Shown: positions 1-16,833, counted from the stretch's first letter. The stretch: 64,000 nucleotides of DNA from Octopus vulgaris (GCA_951406725.2 OX597816.1:100874001-100938000); one strand, 5' to 3'. Notes: generated by a model from the letters alone, not told the origin. Numbers and translations are program-made.

Positions 1-1122
1 TATTCATAAGTCAAACTATTGTAAATAACAGTTTGTGAAGGTGGATGAACAAGACAATGACAGTTCAATTTTCTTATCAGTTGTGCATTAATTGGCAGCA
101 TTTTTTATAAACAGTTTCCTCAGTACATTATTTACTGCAACAACTGATCATACCAACTGAAGCAATGTGACAATATCAGAAAACTTTCTAAACTTGATAA
201 AAATTTTAATTTTTCTTTTTTATCATCATCAAGGAGGTTTCAAGTTGATAAATACAATGTAGAACATCCTTTATTGACCGACAGCTAAAACAAAAGAAAA
301 AAAAAAAGAAAAATCTGCAAAGTGTTGTATATTCAATAGGTGAATTTATATTTCATGTTGTGCAATTATATATTTGTGCAGCAATCAACAGTGTGCATAT
401 AATGTATGTGCAGTGAGTGCATGTATGTATAGCTTGTATGTTCAATCTTAGTGGAGAATAATGATTAAAATTAAGGAAGAAACACTGAAGTTATCCTGTG
501 ATATTAGAGGTTGGGTTTCTCTTAAGTTCTTGGTTAACTTATTTCATTTGATAGTTATTCTCTATCAAAGCTTTACTGCTATCATTCTGCTGACAGAACC
601 TCATATTCCTATTTCTTCCAGAGAATTTTTATATTTCTCTGTTTCGATCCCTGGAAGATCAAATCTTGAAGATCATTTCATTATTGCGATTAGCTTTGTT
701 TTCAATATTTTAACTCTCCTGGTTGAATTTTAGTTTCATAAATAGTTATTTAAGAAAGAAACCTATGTAGGTGAAATTATCTATCAGTATCATCTGAAAT
801 ATATTAAAGAAAAGTTTTGATACCAGCAGACTGAACTGGAAATTAACTTCTGTTCTTCTTTGTATTAATATTTTTATATTTTTTAAAAAAGAATATCATA
901 TTTTCAGGAGGTATTTCACAAATCAAAGACAAAAAAGTAATCATAATTTCCAGATGGAAACAAACTTTTAGGAAATGAATTTTTAAAAATTTATATTAAC
1001 AAATACATTGGGATAGATTGCAAAGAGTTTAACATGAGACATCATGCAGAAAATTAAGTGTTTCATTAATTGTCTTCTCTTTTTATATATAATGTTAGTA
1101 TGTATGTGTACATATACATATG

Positions 1123-1162
<40 letters not shown>

Positions 1163-1766
1163 TGTATTACAGTTTGGTGTATTTTTTCAATGACTGCTTG
1201 ACCATTAAAAATTTGCCACCAAAATCAACATCATGTATTGCTAGTCTTTAGAGAACATAATTGTTTGTTCTGTTGTGTAAATTTATTTGATTTTGTGGAA
1301 AGTTTCTGGGCATGTCTACCCTTGTATGTATGTTTAAAACAATGTTACATTCCTGAATACTGACTGTACATAATTTATATGAAATATTTACTGTCAGTTT
1401 TTCATCTGTATCTGTCCCAAGTTTTCTTGCAGTATTCTTTATCTTGTTTTTCTTCTGTGTTTTCACCTGCCTTTGTCATGTTCTTTATCAAGCTATTGAT
1501 TCAGCTTTACAAATGTGGGATTCATTGCAAACCAAAATAGTTTATGTTTAATCATGGTGGGAGATGAAACAAAAACTATACTGTAGGAAATTATTTTAAA
1601 ATGACAAAATAATTACACAAACAAAATATATTACTTGAAGTAATCAAAATCTTGCTTAAAATAGATTAGCCTTTGACTTGCAACCATGACAGAAACTGGT
1701 GATGTGTCACATTAAGTAGATGAGTGCACATCCATAGTGATATATAACTGTATGTGTATATATATG

Positions 1767-1823
<57 letters not shown>

Positions 1824-3088
1824 GTAAATACATAAATATATATTTGTTCATCCCAAATAGAATGAAAATAAGCATGTCTTATTTAAGGTTTGGTTTTGTG
1901 CAATAAAATCTGTATTCAGTGTACTTCATGAGTATTTTTAAGAGAAAAAAAATGAAAGCTGGCATTTTTTTAAATCTCACACTTAATATCGGTTTGCATG
2001 ATCCCAATGTAATAAGATTTGAGGTTAACATGTCTTCCCTACAAAATTTTCAGTAATACAAGAACACAAAATGATAAAAATATTTTATTTTATTTTTATT
2101 TATTATTATTATTATTATTTTTTTTTTTTTGCAATGTAGCATATCATGAACAACTACTATAAGGTTTTTACAAGAGGTAAAGAGTCTCAATTGTTACTCC
2201 TTTATCTTTCCTGAGTCTACTGGAACAGAGGTTCTTGCAAAAAAAAAATGCATTTGATACAAATGAAGCTACATATAAACAACTAATATAAAATAAAGCA
2301 TTTTTTGAAATTCTTTGTAACACTGCTATCATTGTGGACAAAGAAAACAATGGGTAAGAAACCCAAACTGAATTTTCATGATTTCACAAAGCCCCAGATG
2401 TTAATGCTGATACATTCCACTAGAACTGTGATACACAAAGTCAGTTCTATTAGTTTTATTTTAAAGGAAAGTGTCTCAATTTGCAGTTGCTGGAAAGGAA
2501 AGATTTTTTTGTGACTTTTTTTTACTTAAAGTCAATGCTATGGATTTATCAGAATGTCATATTCAGCAATCACAACAAATCCAAAATATGGAAACTGATG
2601 CCAAATTTTACTTAAAAGACCAGAAATAGAAAACTTTCTATAAAAAGGGTCAATTGTGTTGAAGAAAATGAATTATAACAATGGTGAACGTCACGAGGGT
2701 TGAAGAAACTAAAAACGAAAACACATGGAAAAAATTTGAAATGAAACAAATATTTCTAAAACTGGACAGCTAAACAATTTGAAAAAAGCAAAAAAAAAAA
2801 AAAAAAAATCCTAACACCAATCAGAGTATCCATGCTTACTTCATAAGCACTCATGTACATAAACTAAAGTGGCCACATTTTTACATATTTTTCTCTTTCT
2901 TACTAATCTGTTTAACCTTGTCTTACTTGTAAGCAAATAGTTTTGTTGCTTTATATTTGGCTACTGGATGAAAGTTCAATCAAAACAAGAATCTATTTCA
3001 AATGTAAACATCGCTGAATCGTAAAAGATGTTTTCAAATGAAAATTTACTAGTCATTCAATTATCTCTCGCTAAAAGTATATGAATTT

Positions 3089-3144
<56 letters not shown>

Positions 3145-3214
3145 ATATATATATATATATACATATATGTATATATATATACGTGTGTGTGTGTATATGT
3201 ATATATATATATAT

Positions 3215-3276
<62 letters not shown>

Positions 3277-4398
3277 TCTCATACACACATATATTACACC
3301 AAAGAATGTTCGGTTTTGAAAAAAAAAAGCCTTGCTAATAACAAAAATGCTACATGGTATTGAAGTTGTTTTGTTCTTTCAGTCTTAAAGGGAACTACAG
3401 ACCAAAATGCATGTCTCACAGAGTTTTTTTGTTTTTTTTATAACGGTTATATGAAATGGAAAAAAGAATCTGTTATTCTTTAAAGGTGGGACATTTTGTA
3501 TGAAAGCCGTGCTAAAAAAAATATCATATGACCCCCCTCTCTATTCTATCTCTCTCACATAAATATAATATATATATATATGTGTGTGTGTGGATGTATA
3601 TATATATATATATATAAAACCGTACCTTTGTATGTATTTTATACTTACATGTTTATATTTGCAAGTAAATCATAGTAAAACTGCATTAGCGAATAATGGA
3701 TATGCTCACACACATGCATACATGGACACATATATACACATATATACAGGTATATTTAGGTGAGTAGATAGATAGATAGATATATAGATAGATAGATAGA
3801 TAACATACATGATTATTTGTAACTATTGTATTGATGACAACAGATTTTTGATTCTCTTGTAGCACATTCTTGGTAATGTCTGCTAATACCCATTCAAGTC
3901 TTCCTCAAATTGCAGCTAGGGTTCATAGGCTATCAAAAGAATTTTGTTTGCCTTTTTTTAATTACAGTATATGAAGAAGATATTGCAAGAAGTGTCAACT
4001 GACTAAACTTACAATACATACAAACAAACTTGTAAACTGAACATATCTACCATGTATATCCATGTGCTTATATATTTTCATTGTCATACATACTTACACA
4101 TAAGCACATACATACACACACATACCTGCATACATATATATATACACACACACACACACAGTGTATGTACATATGTGTGTGTGTGTGTGTATTATTGTAG
4201 ATATGCACAATTTCAATGTCTAACAGTGAGAATCCTCCTTACTGTCCAAGGATTCCTATCCATCTTGACTCTACTGGTCACTGTAAGTCACTGAAATTCC
4301 TAATACCAAAGAAAAAGAAAACTATTTCCCCAAAATGTCTGTCTTTCTTTGAGGTTGTCATATGGTGCAATTTAAATGCATATACAATTGTACAAACT

Positions 4399-4432
<34 letters not shown>

Positions 4433-6604
4433 TATGTACATATGAGCATAAATACATGCATACACACATATATATATATGCAAGTGTATGCCAACATGCA
4501 TACAACATGCAGCTTATTATTGTGTTATGTAAAATAACATGAATAATCTGAAATATTTCTCAAAAATTTCATTTGAATTATGTTGCTTATTTCAGTAGTT
4601 TTAATAAAGGTGGTTCTTTACTAGCAAGTCAGTCCACGTATGACATATCATTACAACAAACAACTAAACCAATCTGTATACATAACATACAAAAATAGCA
4701 AAAAAAAAAAAAAAAATTTAAAGCTCTTGAACATTGTGAATAAAAAAGAAAGATTTGAAGGTAAGTCAGGAAATTCAGGAATTCACACAAAAAAAATAAC
4801 AGAAAACTGTAGAAAGAGAAGGAAGATCTTTGCAAATTGTATAAGCAGCATGGAAAGATTGAGAGGGAGTATGCATATGTATGTGAGTGCAGAGTGATGT
4901 ATGTGCATGTGTCAAGCTTGCTTTCGTTTTCTGAAAGAAGCACAACAGTACAGACTTAAGATGTTGTTACATAACACCTCAGTGCTTCCACTGTTATTGT
5001 TGCCCACCATTACATTGTTTAAGCAATGCAAAATAATAATATGAGATGTTATAGACAAACACATCTACAAAACAAATGCCAAGTTGTAGAGATATATAAA
5101 TACATATTCATATAAATACCTATATAAATGCAAAGATGTATATGTGTGTGTGAATATTATGCGTTCTATATATATGTGTATGTAGTTATATGTGTGTGTG
5201 TGCATGCTTATATATATTCATATATATATATATATGAGCACACATGTACATGTATGTATTTTGTTGTAACTTTTCTGATGACCCTGCATACACAGGTGAA
5301 ATTCTAGAGTAGTAAGAGACTGTCTCAACCAAACTATAATAATCTGTACTTGTACTGAGTACTTTTTCTTTCATTGGTCAATAATGTAGACTAAACAAAT
5401 ATATATCTGTGTGTGTGTGTGTATACATGCATACATACATCCATATATATATATATATATAAAGTTTCTAAATTTTTATGACATAATACATACACACACA
5501 CACATATATATATATATATGCATGCATGTGTACATATATGTATGCATGAATTGGATGCATTTTATGAGATATTGTTGAACTACTAATCAAGAACTCATGA
5601 GTATACTCCTATGGATACAGGCATGTATATATATGGGCTAGCTAGTTCAGTAAGGAGATAAGACATTTCCTGCTGAAGTCCCAACTTTTATTTTGGATTG
5701 AGAAGGGCGAAGTCATTGAATTAGGCTAATCTGAGCAAGCTCTAGTAGATGATATTTGCATACACATACACATTCATGCATATACATGTGTATGTGTTTG
5801 TATATATTTGTATATGTAAGTGTGTATATATGTATATGCGTGTATGTGTGTGTCTGTGTACATATATAAGTGCAGACACAGATGCAGCTCCATATAAATA
5901 TTAACATATATGGGTGTATGCATGTGTACATATGCCAATGTGTGTGTGTGTGTGTGCATGCATATAGTACATATTGATTCACCATGAAACGATAAATTAC
6001 AGATCTTATATGTAACAGTAAAAGGCTCAAACATGTCAATTCTTCATGATTTGCATAGTAGCTCTTTCATATGAAAAGCTGAATTTGTTGCCTCTTAAGT
6101 CATCAGATGCTGGAATAGATTTGACAATATTACATGAAAGTTATCCTGAAAAGCTTATCTCAACATTTGTTAAAAATTTCATGCAAGCCTTATTTTACAA
6201 AAGTCGCTGCTATTTTAAGGTGGCATTTTCCACTCCCTTCCTGCCTTTTGTAGCAATACAAACATTTTCTGAAATGCGTATGTATATTTGTGTGCATATA
6301 TATATATGTATGTGTGTGTTTGTATATTACACACACATACATACAAATGCATATGCACACTCACATATGTGTACACATATATACATATCTCTATATACAC
6401 ACATCTATATATATTAGTGTATATTAACCATAGATGTATCCTACTTTGTCTCATTCTTTCTTCCTCCTTTTCTCTCTCTCTCTCTATCTATACATACATA
6501 TATATATAATATAGTGAGAGAGAGATCTAAAAATACATCTGACACAAACTGTCGGCAGCCTACATTGAGAAAATTTGATTTGTATATATTTATATAAATA
6601 TAGG

Positions 6605-7715
6605 TATATTTAAACTCTAAGAGCAAGGTTCTAAAGTTGGATACAAGTGTACTTTGGTGGGAAAGCAAAAATATGCTGTCTTTTGAAATTGAAGACATGA
6701 TGGAAAAAAGCAAACAGGATGACTCAAAAAGTAGCAGCAGGGAGTGGACATTTGGTTGCCAGTGCATGGCAAGGAAGTAGACATGGATAGAGATAATTTC
6801 CATGCTGAAGTTGGGAGAGTGTGTGAGAGAATGATTTGTGGCAAGAAGGAAGGGTCAGGGGTGAAGCTGGAAGTAATCTTTGCAGAAAACATTCCTATCA
6901 TGAAAAGTTGCAGATGCCACAATTCACAGATAAAGTGAAGGTCAGTCAGAAACTGGGTAGAGCAAGCAAGGTAAAATCAAAGATATGGGCACAGACATTT
7001 AAATGTTGAAGTGGTGCTTGAACACAAATGCATGTGTACATATTGTATGTGACCACAAGCAATAGAATTTATTTAGCAGGCTGGCAATGTCTCAGCAAGT
7101 TTCTACAAAGAATGTAAGACAATTTGATAGGTTCATCCAGGAAACACACATACAAAGCATGTGGAGTAGGGTGGTATTACAAAACATGATGGAGGAAGGA
7201 AAACATTCCTTGAAGCTCAGAACTGCTCTGAGTGAATATGATTCATTTTTGTTCATTACATTTCCAGGAATGTGAAGCTCTATGTTGGGCATAAAGGCTG
7301 AACACTAAAGGGTGGTTAATAGCATGGTCAGTTGTCTTGAAATATAGAGCTTTAAAAAGATAGGGAATGTAATGGAGAATACAACAGAAATGATCATAGA
7401 AGAAATTGCCCAAGCAATAACAACCTGTGTCATAAAAGTAGAGGGCTTCACAGACTTTATATGTGATACTTGCATATGATGTTAGATGTGCAGTTGAAGT
7501 TCAGAGTAACTTGGAGCCAGTAATGGCTGCGCATTTCAAAGTTCCTGTTTGAGTACTGCTAGATGCTAGGAAGCTTCTAACTAGAATCTTGCAGGAATTT
7601 TTACCTGTTTTGAAGTATAAAAAGTGTGATATCTGAAAGATTGCAGACATTATGGAGTCAGAGATTCAAGAGAGAAGAAAAGAGAAGTTGGTCTGTGGAA
7701 AGTTAAGGGGACTAG
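6605..7715 (-). mobile_element. Highly decayed Penelope-like element (GIY-YIG C-terminal region)
   Basis: The minus strand near 6610-6650 reads, with a frameshift, like RTLAP-x-LN (PLE terminal L-x-P-x-GLN motif). A CxxC-like stretch lies near 6910-6925. Many stops. Confidence 0.35.
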
Positions 7716-8053
7716 GATGTGCTCAGCTGGGCTGCATACAAAACATTCTTAATTCCCTGTTTTACAATGATTGTTTCTGCTGTACCCACTCCCTCATTAA
7801 CATTATACCTTTAATCGCTTCTCTTTCTCATCATCCAAGCAATTTTGCTTAATCTCTCTCTTAACCACAATATCTCCCTTTATCTTTTTCTCGCAGCTGT
7901 TTTCTTCCAACTCAAAAGCAACTCAGCACACATAACCCAGTATGATTTCCTATCACTTCCAGCCTCTTTCTTTTCATTCCATCTTGTATATTGAAAGAAT
8001 GCAACTTCACTTCTCACTTCCCTGAAGAAGGACCTTTGTTTGAAATGTCAGAA
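7716..8053 (+). mobile_element. PLE pseudo-LTR-like segment, inverted relative to the adjacent remnant
   Basis: ORF 7652-7852 contains QLGCIQNILN (resembles PLE LGxxxPxGLN), followed by a pyrimidine-rich tract and an HHR motif. Confidence 0.4.
8018..8053 (+). ncRNA. Decayed type-I hammerhead ribozyme
   Basis: ttcc CTGAAGA aggac cttt gttt GAAA tg TC agaa. A few transitions, mostly at CpG, restore ggac/gtcc GAAA cg TC ggaa. Confidence 0.6.
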
Positions 8054-8075
8054 ACTCTTTAATCCACAAAACTGC

Positions 8076-8132
<57 letters not shown>

Positions 8133-8201
8133 TCACACACACCTGCAAACATATATAGACACATGCAAACATGATATTTGTGCAATGCATGCATATGTAT
8201 G

Positions 8202-8232
<31 letters not shown>

Positions 8233-11200
8233 GTAATATATTTGTACATATGTATGTATACTTATATATACATATATTTATACATATGCATGTATGCTTA
8301 TTTATATGTGTATATATATACATACATGTATGCACATACACGTATATGTATGTACACACACACACATTCACAAACATATATATAATCACTTTTACATGAA
8401 GCCTAATGCTCAGATGTATGTATTATATTTATTCTTTTGGAATGATGTTGACTATTCTGTCAATTTAAACTGCCACCTACCATCATTGTGGTCAGTAAAG
8501 CATTAACGATGTGCATTTCGAATGCATTCATGTATCTCAAAATATTTATTTTTCAGTAAATATTTAAGAAATATATCAGTAGTATCTCTTAATTTTAGAA
8601 CCTCTCTATGCATTAATTGGACAGTCCTTTGCATATTAAAATTTGTTAGATTTACTTGAAATATATTAGATGTAGCAGCTGGTTTAGATTTTTGTATTTT
8701 TCTAGTCTGGCATCAGGAAAACATTAGCACATTTGTTAATTAATGAAAGGAATTTGTCTTAAAATGTGAATGTTTTGAAATTACAGGAAACCTGTCAATT
8801 TGGGTTTCTGAAGGAATGTAGAAAATCTCTGAAAATGGAATTTTGTTACTGGATTTTTGGAGTTAAGCCTTATGGTGTGCCTTTCTCATGCCAGAGCCTG
8901 TTGATGGTTCCTTAGAATGCTGACAAATCATCTGTCAAATGAGAAATTGGAATTTGCTGCCAACTTCATATATGGTCTATGGACAGTGTTCCAAGGAATT
9001 GACTGGTCGTTAATGCACAGACAAAATGGTTGAAAAATTATTGAAATTTGAAAATTGTGGTTGTTATTTTTGTTGTTATTGTTATTAAATGTTGGTCTGA
9101 AAAAAGTTACTTATTCAACAACACATGATGTTTTTAAATTTATTTATGTCTAAAATGCTTCAGTTTTAGCCTAGTTACCAAACAATATAATATACAAAGA
9201 ATTTCATGAAAATTGAACCATTCGAAAGGAAATTGACAGACAGTAAATTTTTTTCTGTTTCATGAAAATAAAACTAAATTTATGAAAAAAAACTATTCAA
9301 ATGATAAAAATTGTTCCAATAAGTCCCAATTTACTTATCCATTAACATAAAATTCACTTTCAGTGAAAGAAAGTATAAGCAACTACTATTCAGTCAAAAA
9401 TATTTTAGATAATTATAAATTATCTACCATAAGACTTCATCATTATAGATTAACTACTAAGAATGCATGAGATTTAGTCTCCATTCTTAAATATCATGGT
9501 ATAAATACAAAGACATTCTTTCAAAACTATTAAATAAATTAATTCTTGGGAAATAGATCTGAAGAGTAAATACTTAATGTTACAATATAAAATAAAAGAA
9601 AAATGACCCTATCATTGAAATAGCAATTCTGATTTTAGGAAATCATTTTAATAGTTTCTTATAACTAACCAACTATCAACTGCATGCTTTGGGTTGTATA
9701 TAATACCAGTATCAACAAATAGCTAAATTTGTAAAACAAAAATGAAATGTTGCCCTTTCTTTGAAATCCAGTGTTGTTATTAAACTTTTTGAGTCGAAGT
9801 GACTGGATTGGGAAGGTACCTGACTACTGGCTTCCTGGAAGTTAATGTGCATCCCAAAAAGACATTGTGTTGTTTCCCAAAGCAAAACACTTCTGTCTAC
9901 TTGCAGAATCATATATTTATTACTATTGTTTCTCTTTTATATAAAACTGATGTTAATATATTTGTAATAATGATATTTATAAAAAAAACAACTTAATAGA
10001 TGTTGATGATACTGGTGAGGATAGTAGTATCATTGTAATCAAGGTATTAGCTGTAGACGTTTCCTGTAATAACTTAAATATCAGAGAAAATGTAAAATGT
10101 ATTTTACATTTTAAAATGTATTTTAAGAATCAACCTGAGAATTGCATCAAATTATAAATATTTCATCATGATTCTAACATCCGAACTCTAAGATGGTAGT
10201 GAAAATAGTTACCAACAAAACGTTGAACTAAGTTTTTTTTATGGGATCAAATTCAGTACTTCTGATTAAAAATCCCATTAAAATTAATTTTTGCCTTTCA
10301 TCTTTTTGAGTTTGATGAAATAAGCACCACTGATATAGCTCCGACCCTTAAAAAAGATGTAGCTTTGTGCCTAGTTTAAAAAAGTCAATCTTATTTAGTT
10401 TCAGAATACAGTCTTTCTTATTTTACATGTTATAGACATTTGTGTGTTAATAAATGTTGTGGGGTGGGGGATGAGATAGGTGGGTGTATGTGTGTGTGTG
10501 TGTGTGTGTCCATAATACAAATGAGTGTATGGTGTAGTGGAAGTAGTAGCAGTAGTAATAGTAGTAGTAGTAGTAGTAGTAGAAAAACATCTGGTTCTGT
10601 ACAGGGAAGTATTTGCTGTATCAGTGTTTAGGTATGAATGGGCATATTGCTAAAATGAAAAAAAGCAAGGAGAGTGACCAGTGTGAGGCATGGTTTTTAA
10701 TATACATATGAATATTCCATGAACAAGGTGGGAATCTGCTGAAAAAAAAAAATAAAATATACCTTGGACAATATTTATAATAAAATAAAAATACTAAAAA
10801 AAAATACACAACAGCTGGCTGCTTAATATGATGAAATTATGGTTGATCTCTGACTCCTTGCCACAGGTGGCACAGTCAGGGAAAAATGAACACGAGGTGT
10901 TGTAAATAATTCCTTTATATATGTGGATTTCAATAACCATGTATATATATCTTTATATATATAAATATACATGTTTGAGTGTGTGTAAATACATATATAT
11001 ATATATATATTGATATATGCACACAAAACAAACACATGTATGTATATATGTGTGTGTGTGTTTATGAATTATATATGTGCGTGTATATCTTTGTCTATAT
11101 GTATTATATGTTTATATCTAGAGATATAAACCTATATTTGTATGCATATATATATATATATGTATGTATATGTATATATCTTGGCTATATATCAAATGTG

Positions 11201-11399
11201 TACAAAACAAATATTTTTTGCATGAATAGCAGAGGCAAACACAAATGGATACAATAAAAGAAGAAAATGATGCTAACGCAAAGTTATACTCATATTTTAT
11301 AAAATCTCGTACGTTATGTGAGGAATATTTTGGACATCTCACAGTAATATATATGGACACAATTATACAGTTGCATATGCATATTAGAATGAACAAACA

Positions 11400-11848
11400 C
11401 ATATATAAGCATTATATGTATGTGTGTATATATTACTATATGTATTTATATATATACTATGTGAATTTGTGTATATGTGCACATATATATATATATGTAT
11501 GTATATTATATATATCATAAATATACATATTAAATATATATATATTTCATAAATATACATATTAAATATATATATTATATATATATATATTATATGTTTA
11601 CATTATATATATGTATTATATATATATTATGCATATATATAAATATATATACCATATATATCTATTATGTATAATATAAATATATATAATATATATATCA
11701 TATATACATATATATATAGATATATATGTAATATATATATATATATGAATATATATATGTGTGTGTATATATATAATACATATAGGGTATATATATATAT
11801 ATAATACATAGGTATATATATATATATGTCTGTATATATGGCTATAAA

Positions 11849-11880
<32 letters not shown>

Positions 11881-11995
11881 CCACAGATATACATATATAA
11901 TCTATATGTATATATATATATAAATATATATATATCCACAGATATAATATATATGTATATAAATATAGATATACATATATATATTATGTATATCC

Positions 11996-12026
<31 letters not shown>

Positions 12027-12848
12027 GATAGATAGATATATACTATCTATGTATATATATATAATATATATATATAGATAGATATGGATATAAAATATAT
12101 ATGTATATATATACACATACGAGATATATAAAATATATATATGTTTTGTATATACATATATATATTAAATATGCAAATATATAATATGTATATATTTATA
12201 AATGTATATAATATGTTTATATATATATATATAATTATTTATACCTAGATATAATATTTCATATACATATATATATGTATATATATATAATATGCATATA
12301 TTTATTTACATATATATCATAAATATTTATATATATCTACATATATATAGTATATGTACATATATCTATTATATATATATATATATATGATATATATATT
12401 ATGTGCACATACACATTTTATATATAAGTTATATACATATATATTATATGCCTATATATGATTATATATATGATGTATATCTATTTTATACCTGTAATAT
12501 ATATATATGGACATATATATATATATACATATAAATATATACAGACACACACATATATATATATTTGATATATATACTTTTATATATGTTATATATATAT
12601 ACTATGACATATATATATATATATTTAATATATAGATATATATTATACATACTGATACATTTTATATATTATATATATATATATAATGTATATACATATA
12701 TATTTTGTATATATACATATATATATATATATGCTATATATATATACATGTGTATATATATTATGTATGTGCATATTATATGTATATGCATATGTATATA
12801 TATATTATACGCATATATATTGTTTACATACACATATATGTATATTGT
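11400..12848. repeat. Degenerate (TA)n low-complexity block
   Basis: About 1.4 kb of interrupted TA repeats. Confidence 0.95.
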
Positions 12849-12850
12849 AT

Positions 12851-13105
12851 GGGTTCAGTCCCACTGCATTGCATCTTGGGCAAGTGTCTACTACCGTAGC
12901 CTCAGGCCGACCAAATTCTTAAAAGTGGATTTGGTATATGGAAACTGAAAGAAGCCCATCATATATATGTATCTAATATATATATATATGTATGTACATG
13001 CATATGTTTGTATTCTGTGTTTGTCGCCCAAATATCATTTGTCAACCGATGCTGGTGTGTTTGTGTCCCCATAATTTAGCAGCTTGGCAAATGAGTCTGA
13101 TACAA
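12851..13105 (+). mobile_element. tRNA-derived SINE family A, 5'-truncated, CpG-decayed
   Basis: gggttcagtcccactg...gggcaagtgtc...ggaaactgaaagaagccc...caaccgatgctggtgtgttt matches the copy at 35522. Confidence 0.85.
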
Positions 13106-14883
13106 ATTGCGAAGACCTGTTGGGGCAAGTGAAATCGAAATTGAACCAATCCTATGACTGGCACCCGGCAGATCCAGGACCCCTGGACTGGTGGTACATA
13201 AAAAGCACTATCTGAATCGTGGCCGATGCCAGTGCCGCCTCGACTGGCTTCTAGATATGCATACATATATATGTGTTTGAACATATGTATGTTCACGTGC
13301 TATGGTGAACATAGCTCGCCCAGTTGTTCAGGTGATGTGCTCACAACTTTTAAGCTGCAGATTTGATTCTTGGCCCAACTTAGGTATTGTGCCCTGGAGT
13401 AATATATTTCATTTCACATTTCTCTAATCCCCTCAGCTGAGAATGAGTACCAGTAAAATAAGTGGAGTTTGAATTTGTGCTAGGCTGGTGTCCTGCTCAT
13501 CATTAAGTCTTGTAATCTCACCTAAATATCACAGAAATCTGAAAAAACGCCAGCCTTGTGAGCCTACAGGTTTGAAGCAGATTTTATGCTATATATATAT
13601 ATATATATATATGGTAATGAGATTACGGTATGCAATATGTATATATAGATGTACATGTGGGTGTTTCTGCTTTTTTATGCTTCCATGCACTGGATGGTTT
13701 TATAGAGGCAGTAATTTACAACCAGACACCCTTTATATTGCCAACTTTTTGTTACCTGTTACACATACACATTAATATACATAAGTAAATATATGTGTGC
13801 ATAGATCAATATATGTGTTTGTCATACATGAGTGTCTATGAATATATGTGTGTGTACATATATATATATATGCATATATATAATGTGTGTGTGTATATAA
13901 TGTGTATATATATGTATGTATGTATATATATATGTATGTATGTGTATATATATATATAATGCACAGATATAAATTTATTTAAAAATATTTTGATTGCTTT
14001 TTAGTCGTATTTGTTGTGAAAGCTACTTGTACAACACATCACACTGGAGACATGCCAAATGTACAATTAAATTACACAGCTGGTCCCTAAATTTGGATCA
14101 GTTAACTATTTAAGGACTTTCAAATTTGCATTGATGTTGGGATGTATCCCAACCAAATCTACTCATGAAAAGAATCTATTGCGGGGGAATATAGTGAACC
14201 AAATTTATAAATAAAAAGAGATACTCAGTGGACTTTTGTGAACATTTCCTGAAAAAAAAAAAAAAAAACTGAAATCAATTTTTAATGTTTTTTCATTTCT
14301 TTATTTAATCCCTTTTAAAATTTTAAAACAAAAGCCATACCTGTTGAAGAGTTTTACAAAAATCTCCTGCTCCCTTGAAATTATAACTGTTATTTATAAA
14401 ACAAACAAAAATAAAATTTTCTTGTTATTGTATTTTTGTTTACATTTTGCTTATAATATGTACTGAGATCTTCCAAGACACACAAGTGTTTAACTTGACC
14501 AGATTGGTGGTTTTAACTGAGCTGTGAAATAGATAGTTGCATCAGAGGTGGAGTCCTGTTTCACTTAATAGTATTTTAATTGTTTTCTAGCACCCATATC
14601 CCAACCTCTGTGCTCTCAACTAGATTTTTATTTTAATACTCTTCAATTTGGTAAAAATTTGTTGAAACATTGAAGAAATTAACAAGCAAATGAAACAGAA
14701 AAAAAGAAATACTCTAAAATTGCGTGTGCATAGATGAATGTTTTCGTTGTATTTATTTACATTCCATTCATTGTTTATATGCGTAAATCTGAAATTATTG
14801 TTTTAATTTCTCTTTGAAAAGATTTTCTTTGTACCTTAGTTATTTTTGAATTTAAATTTATTGTATAATTATTACTTTTGAAA

Positions 14884-14935
<52 letters not shown>

Positions 14936-15420
14936 ACTCCAAATACTTTATTAATAATAATCATCATCATCATCATCTATTGATGTCACTATTATAATGT
15001 TATACACTGATACTGACTTACCATAACTGTTATAATTAGTTTTATCATAACAAAATATATATTTCAACCATTGTTATGTACCTTATTTTATTTACTGCTG
15101 CTATTTCGCAACTAATGGTTAAAATAAAAAAAAAAAATTAATTAATTAAAAAAAGAACAAAATCTAAAAACAAAAAAAATATTCACAAGAAGTTGTTTTG
15201 CATTTGTTGCCACTATGTATATATGTTTTGTATATATACATTGACCACAATTGCAAAGTTGCAGTATTGGGAGTTCTTGCTGTGTGCATCTGTTACATCA
15301 TATTTGTACCACGCCTTTATGCATATTAAAACAATACAAAATAAATTCACGTGTCACTACATATATATACATATATATATATATATGTGTATATATATGT
15401 ATATATATGTATATATATAT

Positions 15421-15476
<56 letters not shown>

Positions 15477-16699
15477 CAGAAGCACTAATTATTAAGAACA
15501 AAAATATCTAAAGTAGTATCAATACATTTTTGAAATTAATATTCATTAACTCTGTAATGATGATGATGATGATAAAGATGATGAAAAAATTAATTACAAA
15601 GTTACTAACAGAGCAGTAGATAGGTTTTAACAAACATTCTAAAATTATAATAACACTAGTATTAATTATAGGTACTAATATTACAACAGCTAATACTACT
15701 ACTACAATAAAATACACAAATATTAATAGTAGTAATGCAACCAACACTAGATTTCTAATCAGCTGAAATCTTTATGAAGGTGAAAGAAATATAAAATCTT
15801 TGTATAGAGTGGAAATAGTGTTAAAACAGTATGGTGTTGACTTGACGATAGCTAATAAAAACATTAACAAAACTATATTAACAGCAGCAACAATAATATG
15901 CAATTGCAATTATATATATATATATATATACACATATATATATATATATATATTAGTAAGAAACCAAAGAAAAACCCAACAGAAATGGTATTTATTCAGC
16001 TTCATGTATTTGTATATCTATGGTGGAAACCCTTTATAAATACCAAAACAAAAGCTATGAGTGATCAATATATCTCAAGTGAGGGTTTTTTTATGTTTAC
16101 AGTTAAATTTTATTTTATTTTTATTTTTGTCTTTGGGGTTTGTTTAATAGCTGACGTTTTTAATAACAATAGTCAGCTTTTCTCAAAACCAAATGTTGTT
16201 ATTAAAAAGTGTTTTTAAAGTATACAGCTTCCAGGGTTCCCTTTGTATATCAGCATACATGTACTCAAACATATGTACTTCTACATACTTGAACATTAAT
16301 TTATGTTTGTGCATAGACACAAAGATGCATAAACACACACATACACGAACAAAATGTAGTTACAGACTTATTATACCAAGTTATTTTCAGCTTTATTGAA
16401 AACAGTGTTATAATTGTCGAAGGCAATTTTTAACCATTTGATAAAAACAATGTTATATGCATATGTTAATGTATTGATATGCAAACACAAATACACGAAT
16501 CACATTCAGGACACAAGATTCTCTATAATTTGTAACACACTTTAAATCAACAATAGTCATGTACATGCATATAAAAATACATGCATGTGTGATATGCACA
16601 TATATGAGTGTGTGTGGGGGTGGGGCGTGTGTGTGTGTGTGTTTGTGTATATATATATATATATATATATGTATATGTGTATATATATAAATATATATA

Positions 16700-16730
<31 letters not shown>

Positions 16731-16744
16731 GTGTCTATGTGTGC

Positions 16745-16794
<50 letters not shown>

Positions 16795-16833
16795 ATATAT
16801 ATATGTATATATATATATGTGTGTATATATATA

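Noticed and set aside
6052-6112. Minus-strand CTGATGA...GAAAgagcTA hammerhead-like match
   Set aside because: Stems I and II do not pair in register.
6046-6417. 123-aa ORF with a non-repetitive N-terminal half
   Set aside because: No recognisable domain or splice sites, and it runs into microsatellite.
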